A stretch of DNA of 64,000 nt from Dimorphilus gyrociliatus. Taxonomy: Eukaryota > Animalia > Annelida. Position numbers and translations under genes: made by a program. Of this stretch, positions 12,401 through 23,200 are shown piece by piece; positions within the stretch are counted from its first letter, which is position 1; each line of letters opens with the position of its first letter. The notes beneath the pieces were generated by a model. The model was not told the DNA's origin and ran no database searches. It saw nothing but the letters and a program-made list of their open reading frames with translations. The stretch is taken from positions 380,063 to 444,062 of the forward strand of contig CAJFCJ010000030.1 in assembly GCA_904063045.1 (NCBI GenBank), written 5' to 3'.

Positions 12401-13344
12401 TAAGCTGGTACATTGGTGTCTACACTGGCAGGATTCTCACAAGTAGTTCCAGAAAATTCTGGAGGCTCATCATGATAACTTTTGTCAAAAACAAGATCAT
12501 ATGGGGGAGCTTCAAAATCAAAAGCACATTTGAACGACGCGCCCTTATCAATGAGAGCACAGGCTCCTACAGCTAAAATAAATAACAATCAATTAGTTGA
12601 AATCTTTCTATTAAACTTATTTTACATACTCGAATATTTAGCTTTGGAAGAACCAGGATTATCATCATGACTTGTAAATTGAGCGAAATTCATGAGATTG
12701 TTAGCTGTCTCTATCTTTACACTTGGTGCCCAATTTCCAGCGTATTCCGTATGGCAATAAGCGATATCTTTATTTTGTTCATAATCTTGATTTGGTACAT
12801 CAACCTTCGCACAATTAGGAGTTTCGTCTTAAAAATAAAAAAGTTTTAAACTTGTCAATAGAGAATTAAAAAACTTTAAGAAGACACACCAATTGCTGAA
12901 AGATATGCATGATAGTAAGTGTCTCTGCTGCCATTACGGAACCCTACACATTCATACAATCCAGTTGTATATTCATCTACTTTTGTATTGAGAAGGTGAT
13001 ACGTGTCGTCATCCGGTAGTTTAAATCTGCTTTGATGGTGTGGCAAGATGTCGTAGTTGTTGGCAATAATATAATGATCACTGATTTGACTTGCTTTAAA
13101 TACCCAATTTGTATATTCGTAATAACCTGGTGCATCTATAGCTGAGCAATTTAAAAGTGCAGAACTGTCTTTGAATACAGCTGTGTTTACTGGGCGATAG
13201 CGAAGTTTAGCCCCATCGCATATTACAATAACTGAAAAACAAAGTTTTTAACTTTCATTTTAAAATTAGAAATATAATAAAACTTAATAAAAACTCACTG
13301 GAGAAAGTAATAAAAGCCCATTGAAATGTTTGGAACTTGAACAT
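9445..13344 (-). CDS. GPI-anchored Ig-superfamily cell-surface protein, 8-Ig form (about 1118 aa): SP-(V/I-C2)x4-Thr/Pro/Lys stalk-hydrophobic tail
   Basis: Exons 13344-13299, 13231-12890, 12827-12630, 12572-12048, 11989-11642, 11579-11151, 11088-10891, 10833-10309, 10252-9905, 9842-9445; total 3357 nt, open, all introns phase 1. Ig motifs ALLNC..NWVF..SRFKL..TGLYEC, TVLKC..TGKYSC and C..Y.GNWAP..FKC. Ends in a hydrophobic tail with no cytoplasmic residues (FSIFVLAIFSSVTCLLFH*). Confidence 0.8.
9545..9790 (-). repeat. Coding 12-nt (TTKP-type) degenerate tandem repeat forming a mucin-like stalk
   Basis: Repeated ttggtttggtag/ttggtttagtag units on the + strand encode TTKP/TTEP/TITL. Shorter versions lie at about 6690-6840 and 16450-16550. 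Confidence 0.85.
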
Positions 13345-16300
13345 TTTATCGAGTTCCGTTTGAAAGTCAAGCTGCTTCTGGTCTAACACGACAAGTTGTG
13401 AAAGAATTCCTTAATTTGTAGTTGTTTCTAGGTGGCTATAAATTTACTTCCTAAATTACAACTTAGATTAGATATTTTAATGACCCGATGGTTAAGATTA
13501 CTTAAGTACTGCGAAATAGATAAAGTGATGAATAATTAACAATTTTGTATTCTCTTTTTATAAAATTACTGTTTTAACAGACACATTTATAACTGATAAT
13601 AGGGAATAATCAAAAAGAGAGGCTAAGTAAAGAAGTATTTATAACTAATTTACGAATAATTGAATATAAAACAATGAAAAAGTTAAGAGAAAGATGAAAT
13701 TTTATTGCAACGTCGAGTGATTTTACTACATGAGTGTCATCATAAGAATTTAAAAGTATTTTCTATATATTTTTAACTTATTGTTTAACAAGTCTGTTAT
13801 ACGGTAAAATAATAAATTCAATATTGTTTATGCTAAATGAATACTGCCAAGGTCAATAAAAAAATATTATTAAAAGAGAAGGTGTATTTGAAAATATTCA
13901 TCTTAAAGAGATCAATTTAAATTTCGAAGAGCCTTAATAATTTTAAAAGAAGAAATCTCAACCTTTAAGGGGTAACTTTGAAATCAGATAACATTTGAAT
14001 GTTTCCTCTATAAACAGCTTTTATAGCTAATATTTTAATGTTACCTTTTATCTATTAGATTCCGTTCTTTGGCATTTTATTATAAATATTTAAATTATAT
14101 GTTTTTTAATTAAAATTAAAAAAATTTCGCCAACGATCTAAAAAAAAAGTTTTGATTGCTAACCTTTCAAAAATTACTATCTTATCTACTATTTACTTTC
14201 TTACCAATTGTATGACGAAGAGGTAAATAACATAACGATTATTTAAACAAAGAAGATGGGAGTCTCTCCCCTCTACTTGTTTCCTTTTTTATAAATTCTT
14301 AAGTAACTATTAGCAAAATAATAAAAAGAAGAAGAAGAAAGAGAAGAAAATAAACTAACAGAATGAAGGGAAAAAATGAAAGGATGGATAGGGAATAATA
14401 GAAAGAATGGAATAAGGATATTTTTCCTATCGCCCTCTCCTGTCCGCCTCCAAAACGTTCAAAAGAGACGTCGATGTATGATTGACGTGCAATTTACACT
14501 CGGTTGTTAACACAGATGACAAACGTGTATTTTATATGCAATTATAGGGCCCACCTTATTCCCTATTATTTTCTCAAGGTTCTTTTTGTTGTTCGCCTTG
14601 TTTCCTCAACTTTTAGTCTTGTCCAGTCAATAATTTTACTCTTTTTCTTTAAAGACACGTCTTTGCTATTTATACATTTAAAAAAAAAACAATTCTCGAT
14701 TGGGAATTTATTTTAATGGATCCAAAGTTTCTTTGCTTTGTAAGAACCTTTTAAAACATGAGACCATTTTAACGGGTTTTCATAATTGAGCTATATAGAG
14801 ACAAAACTAAGGATATAGAGGGATAAGGAACAACTTATCTAATCGATTCTCTATAGGGATTTCGTTTTCTCTTTTATAATAATAGACACTTTTAATATGC
14901 CGTAAACTTTTAGTCAATATTTGAAAACAGTATACAATATAGACACATCGAAAAATTAAAGGACCATTAGAATATTCACATACTAATTTATTCATAATCT
15001 TTAAAATTTTAATTCATTATAACGATATTAAATAGTATATTAATAATTATACACAACTTTGCTTTGTTCAATCTTTTTAATTTTTTTTTGGCTTATACGT
15101 TACATGATGGAATAAGTCAAACAGTAGTGATCTTAATAGAATAATGAATCATTACTAACACGGAAATGGTTGAAGCCACTGGTTCTTTATATCTATCAAT
15201 ATGAAATCAATAATGGACTACTTCAAAGATAAAATCATGATAGAAATAGGTTCTCACTCAGAGATAAACAAACTAGAACTCTGCGTTAAAATTGTTGGTA
15301 TCAGTAATATCCAAAATGTAAAGAATCCAACTTAAATGATGTAAATACCCTTATCAGAATGAGAAAATATTTTAAAGAAACTTCTTTGTTATACTTAAAG
15401 TGTTTATTTGACTAGAAATCAAAGAAAAAAGCTTTTTCTATTTCAATTGAATCAAGTTGAAAAGAATTTATTGTTAAAAGCATAGAATTCAACGAGTTCC
15501 TACTATTAGACTGGGTGAAAAGCGAGTTTACTTCCAATTTTTATATAAGTTAAATATGTAATAGTTTTGAAACGAAATCTAAAAGTTAATAAAGTTTAAT
15601 AGTTATTAAAAAAAACTATATATATAAGGTCAAATGCTAAGTTAAAGAGGATAAAGAGTCTTTATTGAGAAATTGCTCTTTTCCTTTTGTCATAAAATCA
15701 AGGATTCGTAAGATTTTGTTTCATCAATTTTTTTCTGAGATAAGTTTAATCATTAATCACCAATGTTTCAGTACATTACAGAATATATTAAAAATATTGT
15801 ATTTGCAGTCTTTTCAGAGTCAAATACTTGCAAATTTCAATAATAAGTAAAAAAGTTTGACAGAAATGTAAATTATCTTTTAATTTTTATATTATACTCT
15901 TATTTTATATCCAATTAAATCTCTTTCAACTTTTCGAACAGATTTATTATAATCTTCAAATATATTGTCCGAGATAATAATTTTCAAGCTCTTTCAATGA
16001 TACCATAAAACACTTAAGATGGCGTTAGCATACGATTAGTTTTTTATAATATTTAAGAATCTTTTTTCGGATTTATTTTTTTATTTTCGTTTTTCTTTCA
16101 AGTAAAGTATTTTGTCAACAATTTGTCATACAAAGTTGAAAATATAAAAACAACTTTTTTCAATCAAAATTGTTTCATATAACCAGAAAAGAATATCAAT
16201 TATTCACAGATATATAGTATAAAATCATCAGCAGTCTATTCAATAGCATTGACAGTGAAAGAGAAAATCATCTTTTTTTTAGTTAAATAACTAGAAAAGT

Positions 16301-16371
16301 AGTAAAAAAAATAAAAGTCATGTAAAAGAAACAAATCTAGCAACCATAATTAGTCAATTAATTAGTTGTGT

Positions 16372-18364
16372 TCAATGGAAAAGTACACATGTGATAGATG
16401 AAAATATAGCAAGTAGGAAAATACTAAATTTTGTTTGGGTAGCTGATGCTTCTGTGGCTGTCAGAGTGGTTGCTTTAGTGGTTGCTTTGGTAGTTGGTTT
16501 GGTGGTTGCTTTGGTAGTTGGTTTAGTTGTCGGAGTGATGGTTGTTGGTTCAGGAGCAATGTTAAAAAAGTCTTCGCATTTCGTCATAATCCAGTCGGGA
16601 ACTATAAAAAATTACATAACAAATTAAGTTACAATACTTACTCCAATATGTAGTTAAACATACTTGAAGGCAATCCGTCACTTGATGTACAAGTTTCTGG
16701 AGATACATTAGGTTCACTCCGATCTGTAATAAAATCTTTAATTAAGGCTTCTGGAGGGGCTCCAAATTTCATTGAGCACTTGAAGCTATCAAGAACATCA
16801 TCAGTTACAATAGCACATGCTCCTATTCTTGAAGCTGGAGCAGAACTGCCGATCATTGGCTCGTCAAAAGTGCCAAAGGTTAACGCCTTGTCGTCCTTAT
16901 CAGTCATATTAACTTTAGGTGCCCAGTTTCCACTGTAGTCGTTGAAGCAAAAAGCGAGATTTTGGTTAATACCTAAGTTTGCATGAGTTTTTCTTTTACA
17001 GTTTGGTATAGCTATTGAGAAACAAATTAAAGTGAAAACGTTGTTTCAATAACATATTGATATATACCCATAGCAACGACAAAAGCTGAATAAGAATCAG
17101 TTAAATTGCCGTTTTTAAAACCAGAGCAAGAATATTTGCCTGTCAGCTGAGTTGTTGTATCCAGAACAGTAAGATCAAAAACGTTTGGCGTTTCGAATCG
17201 AAATAGGCTTTTTAAGTGATCATAAACTTCAAATGAGTTTGTAAGAATCCAACCTTCACCAGTTTGACTTTGAGTAAGTGTATAAGCGCCAGCGTCGTGT
17301 TCATTTTCGTTAATATCGTTGCATTTTAATACTGTTGATGCGTCAAGTCTGGCAACACTATTGGTTAGTCTCGTATTCTTATCGGGAAGTTTAAGAAATT
17401 CCAGACACTTCTCCTTCAAATAAGCTGGTACATTGGTGTCTACACTGGCGGGATTCTCACAAGTAGTTCCAGAAAATTCTGGAGGCTCATCATGATAACT
17501 TTTGTCAAAAACAAGATCATATGGGGGAGCTTCAAAATCAAAAGCACATTTGAACGACTCGCCCTTATCAATGAGAGCACAGGCTCCTACAGCTAAAATA
17601 AATAACAATCAATTAGTTGAAATCTTTCTATTAAACTTATTTTATATACTCGAATATTTAGCGTTTGAAGGACCAGCATTATCATCATGACTTGTAAATT
17701 GAGCGAAATTCATGAGATTGTTAGCTGTCTCTATCTTTACTCTTGGTGCCCAATTTCCAGCGTATTCCGTATGGCAATAAGCAATATCTTTATTTTGTAC
17801 ATAGTCTTGATTCGGTACATCAACCTTCGCACACTTAGGAGTTTCATCTTAAAAAAGAAAAATTTTTAAATTTGTCAATACAGTAGTGAAAAACTGGAAG
17901 AATACACACCAATTGCTGAAAGATATGCATGATAGTAAGTGTCTCTGCTGCCATTACGGAACCCTACACATTCATACAATCCAGTTGTATATTCATCTAC
18001 TTTTGTATTGAGAAGGTGATACGTGTCGTCATCCGGTAGTTTAAATCTGCTTTGAAGGTGTATCAAGATTTCGTAGTTGTTGGCAATAATATAAGTATCA
18101 CTGGTTTGACTTGCTTTAAATACCCAATTTGTATATTCGTAATAACCTGGTGCATCTATAGCTGAGCAATTTAAAAGTGCAGAACTGTCTTTGAATACAG
18201 CTGTGTTTACTGGGCGATAGCGAAATTTAGCCCCATCGCATATTACAATAACTGAAAAACAAAGTTTTTAACTTTCATTTTAAAGTTAGAAATATAATAA
18301 AACTTAATAAAAACTCACTGGAGAAAGTAATAAAAATCCATTGAAATGCTTGGAACTTGAACAT
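16372..18364 (-). CDS. GPI-anchored Ig-superfamily cell-surface protein, 4-Ig form (about 562 aa): SP-V/I-C2-V/I-C2-stalk-hydrophobic tail
   Basis: Exons 18364-18319, 18251-17910, 17847-17650, 17592-17068, 17011-16664, 16601-16372; total 1689 nt, open, five phase-1 GT-AG introns of 56-67 nt. Signal peptide MFKFQAFQWIFITFSIIVICDG. C-terminus EASATQTKFSIFLLAIFSSITCVLFH* fits a GPI-addition signal. Confidence 0.85.
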
Positions 18365-20217
18365 TTTATCGAGTTCCGTTTGAAAGTCAAGCTGCTTCTG
18401 GTCTAACACGACAAATTGTGAAAGAACTGCTTAATTTGTAGTTGTTTCTAGGTGGCTATAAATTTACATCTTAAATTTACAACTTAGATTAGAACCTTTA
18501 ATAACCCTATTGTTAAGATTACTTAGCTACTTCAAAATAGATAAAATGATGAATAATTAACAATTTTGTATTCTCTTTTTATAAAATTACTATTTTTATA
18601 TAGATATTGAAAATTGCCAATAGGCAATAATCAAAAAGAGAGGCTAAGTAAAGAAGTATTTATAACTAAGTCACGAATAAATGAATACAAAACAATGAAA
18701 GAGTTAAGAGAAGGATGAAATTTTATTGCAACTTCAAGTGATGTTACTATGGAAATGTCATCATCATAATTTAAAAGTATTTTCGATATAATTTTAACTT
18801 ATTGTTTAACAAGTATGTCTATACGGTAAAATAAAAAATTCAATATAGTTAAGGTTAAATGAAAACTGCCAAGGTCAATAAAAAAATATTATGAAAGGGG
18901 AGGGGGTTTTTGAAAATGTTCAACTTAAAGAGATCAATTTAAATTTCGAAGAACCTTAAAAATTTTAAAAAGTAGAAATGTGAACCTATAGGTGGTTAGC
19001 TTTGAAATCAGATATCATTTGAATGTTTCCTCTATAAACAGCTTTTATGGCAAAAATTTTAGTGTTACCTTTTATCTATTAGATTCCGTTCTTTTGCATT
19101 TTATTATAAATATTTAAATTAAGTGTTCTAATTATAGATGAACTTCATTCATTGTCTAAAAAAAGATATTTTTTAGCAATGAACTAAAGTTATGATGTCT
19201 AATAGAGCTGTTTTTAACGTTACCTTGGAATTAAGTCATAAAACTTGCATCATATATTTAGATTTTAAATGTCAAGTACTGGATATATAGAAATGATATC
19301 AATTGAAAACTGTTTTTTAAAATATCCTTCTAGTTCTTTCATCAACAAAATTCATATTTATCTGCAAGTGTTTAATTGTTGAATTGTCTTTAGAAGTTAA
19401 GTAATGGACAGTAAGAAATTAATAGAAGTCGGATGAAAGGTTGTTAAAGTTATTTGATTAATAGTTTTTAAAGAAAAACATGGCTCAGCCTGATGAACTG
19501 GAGGCTAGTTAAGCGAGGAAAGTCGTATGACTATTTTGTCTGCAGTAATAATTATAAATATCTATTTAACGTATTTAATTATTAATAAATATATAGATAT
19601 ATAAAATAATAAGGAATTTATCTGGACATATATGGTGTATATATTAATATATACATACAATACATATAACGGAAACATAATGTTCTTAATCAACTACGTA
19701 CAACATTAATAACAACAAGTTATGTTTTTATATGAAATATATATAAATGTATATATAATTTTATATATATTCATAATTTTGTGTCTTGAAAACTGAGGAA
19801 TATTTGCAGATACAAAGAAATAGTAAAAGGAGCTTTTTCCTTTACAGTTGATGTAAAAAAAAATGCAAACGGGAAAAATAAAGAAGAATCAAACACGAGA
19901 TAAAACTTTTGAAAGTCTATTTTATCAATGTTAAAACGAAAAGAGGAAAAATAAGAAACAAGAAGAATAGTTTTATATATATATACATAAAAAAGATTGT
20001 TTGATCGTTCTTTTCAAATACTTTAGTATCTTAAAACAAATTTTTCTCACTTAGTCACCAATGAATGAGTATCTGTTCAATTTAAAAAAAGAAACTGAAC
20101 ATATTTCTTTTAAGAGTAGTCTCTCTTTTAATTGAAAATAAAGAAAAAAAACAAAATATGTAAATAGGAAAAAAAAGAATTTTTGAACGTTGCTACAAGC
20201 ATTTTTTCCCCAATTTT

Positions 20218-23200
20218 TTAAGCATTACTAGCTCCTCCTTGGCTGAGATTAATATAATCATGATTGACATCGTCATGTTTTAAGCTAGGTGGAATTGTAA
20301 TTGACTTTCGTATTCTGTGGGCAATATCAATAAAAGCAGGTCTCTTATCGGGATCGAAATTCCAACATTCTCTCATCAATTCATAACTAAGAATAGAAAA
20401 AATTCATAAGATAATTTCAAATAAAACAGATAAAAATATAAAACTAAAGAAAAGCGGCTGTAAAGAGCCAATTAAATTATAAAGTCATAAAAAATTCTCA
20501 CATATCATTGGGACAGACTTTCGGTCTAGCTAATTGCTTTCCAGTAGCAATATGATCATATAAATTTTTATTCTCTATATCTTTATAAGGTATTTGACCC
20601 CTTTGAAGTACTTCCCATAGTAATACGCCAAAAGACCACTAAAAATATTTCAATTTTAGAGAGTAACCAAAAATAAATAAAGATACTCACAACGTCCGAT
20701 TTCGATGTGAATTCCATACGTTCTAAAACTTCGATGGCCATCCACTTAACAGGTAACTTCAATTCTCCTGACTAGTGATTTTATCAAAAATTATAATTAT
20801 TAATAACTTTTCTTTCAAATTAAAAAACGTAATGTTTCACGCTACCGAATTATCTTTTCTCTTCTTTTTGGGATTCTTATATATTTCTTCAGAAAGACCA
20901 AAATCAGCTACTTTAACTACTTCGTCCATATCAATCCTATAGTATTTTTATAAAATTTTAAATGTTTTAATTAATCATACTATTAAATATTGCTATTTTA
21001 ATTTTACATACATGCAATTTCTAGCTGCTAAATCTCTATGAACAAATCTTAAACTAGAGATATAGGCCATACCATTTGCTATTTGTTCGCCATAGCCTAA
21101 TAATTGGTTTAAATAGAACGTCTGTAAATTAATTTAGAGACTATTAAATTATATTTAACTTTGTTATTTCATAAGCTTACTCGATCTTTATGCTTGATAT
21201 AATTTTTTAAATTTCCTAATTCCATAAAAGGCATAATAATCATTGGTGTATCGTAATCCCAAAAAGATACTCCTATTAAAGACAAAACATTCTGATGATG
21301 AAACTGGCTCATTATGGCTCCTTCTCTCAATAAACTTTGCGATAGTGAATCCTCTTTCTCAAAATCACCAAACAACATTTTTATTGCAACTTTTCTCATC
21401 TTTTTTTCATTATCCTGATCATCTTTATCTTTTAACTCGGCAACGTAGACAACACCGTAGTGACCTCTTCCAATTTCATCTTTTAAATTAATTAATTCTT
21501 TTGGAACTTGTACATTTTTAATCATTTCTTGCATTCGTTTTTGAGAATTAGATATTTCTAAAAAAGAGATGTAAAAAGAATATTATTATTCATTACTTAT
21601 TGTTGGTTTTATTAAGATTAATGTTATTCATGTAGTTTGTACCTTTTAACCCTTTTTAGGGTATGAATAATAAAAGAGTTAAGTGTTTTATGACTCATTT
21701 AGTAAGTATGTTATATACTATATAAATATATACGATATATAATATTTCAATCTTTTTTATGCGCAATTTGATTAAAAAAACACAAAAAAGGGCAAAGAAT
21801 AAAAAGGAAAGAAGAGACAGGAAATACGAAGTTAATATGCTTAGGACGTGTATGTGTGTACTTAGAGATATTCTAACAAAAGAGATTAAGAACGTGTAGG
21901 TGGAAAAAATAAAGATAGGAGAGCACACACAATCAAAAATAGGCGCAGATTATTTAAATAAATATATAAAATATATATAAATATATATATTTTAGTATAT
22001 ATTAGTATATATATATATATATATAAAAAGGCTATCCAAACACTAAATATCAGAAATATTCCAATATCTTTTTTATGGCTTATAAGCTATAAAGATAAGA
22101 AAAAAATAAATCTAATTTACCCGAAATGTAACCTGGATCGTCATCAATATCGTCCATCAAAGGTGGTAATAAGTTAGGTTTCATTAAGGGATGTTGTTGT
22201 TCTGAATAGTTTGGATTTTGAAATCTTGTTTCTCGTCTTGAATTACGATTATAAATATCCAAATCTGCCAAACCAGGTATCTTAGGTTTATTAATATAAT
22301 GTCTCTTTTTCGGAGAAGGTTTCCTGTACGAAGGTCTACGTTTGAATAAAAAACTGATAATTAAAGAGATTTTATATCTACTTTTGACGCTTTCGTAATA
22401 AAATAACAGCAGCTATTACAATAGCTAATATAACTGGAAAACCAACACTTAGACCAACTATTAGACCAATCTTACTTGAACTTTGATTAATAGGCTGTTT
22501 CGTTTGTATTTTTATTACTCTGATAGTTTGTAATTTACTTTTATATCTTCCCCAAGATATCTGCAAATACAGATTTTATATATTCGAAATATTAAGATTT
22601 ATAATAAGAGAAGTAAAATTAAATTACCAAAAAAAAGCAAGCGTTTAAGGCTGTTCTATTTAAAGTATTTTTCTCCAAATCGACAGAACAAAAAGGTAAT
22701 TCTTCGTTGTAATTAAAGTCACAATTTACATCGCAAACTTTAAACTTTACAAGCTTATATTCTTGGTCGGCTTTGAGCATTTTAAGTGAATTACCATCCA
22801 ACTATTTTAATAAATTATTAAATATAACTGCTTTAAAACAAAACATCGTTTTAAACCTACCTTCATATTAAAGTTGAATGATTTTGAAGTATCAGGAATG
22901 TCAAATTCTTGCATATGAAGAGTAGTTTTATTTGCTTTCAGTTGAATTGCTTTTTCTGGAAGTTTATAGAAGCGTAACATAAAATTCTCATTAACAATAA
23001 CTTTTTCATCGAATTTAAGAACGAATTTTAGTTGTTTTATGTCTGATCTTCCTGGTCTTCCGGGCCTTCCTGGTGCTGTAAAAATGATAGAGAAAAAAAT
23101 TGATTATTAATTTTTCAACAGAAATTATACTTCAACAAAAATAGTTTACGTCTAATGTCAAGATTTCTCTTTCCTCTGCTTAAAGGGCTTTTAATACCAC

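Larger units (their letters stand above)
5313..19125. repeat. Tandem segmental triplication carrying the Ig-GPI gene with its 5' and 3' flanks
   Basis: Homologous blocks at about 5313-8995, 8996-14100 and 14967-19125. Examples: 5313-6600 matches 14967-16370; 8280-8990 matches 13260-13990 and 18290-19020; 13990-14100 matches 19020-19125. At the junction near 8995, upstream-flank sequence (tcagataacatttgaa) abuts downstream-flank sequence (ttttcaaacagattt). 14100-14966 is a unique spacer. Confidence 0.9.

Noticed and set aside
6598-16627. Plus-strand Val/Gly-rich ORFs 6598-6903, 9464-9868 and 16391-16627
   Set aside because: Antisense shadows of the Thr-rich stalk codons, which contain no stops on the opposite strand.
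9445-18364. CRISPR-like or prokaryotic interpretation of the repeated blocks
   Set aside because: The repeats are kb-scale spliceosomal-intron-containing gene duplicates. No repeat-spacer array, rRNA or tRNA gene was recognised in the window.
19490-19533. Hammerhead-ribozyme-like core: CTGATGA...GAAA-GTC-gtat-GAC-TA
   Set aside because: Stem III and the UH site are present, but the bases flanking the core cannot form stem I and stem II lacks a proper closing pair. Likely chance or fully decayed; an Infernal/Rfam scan would settle it.
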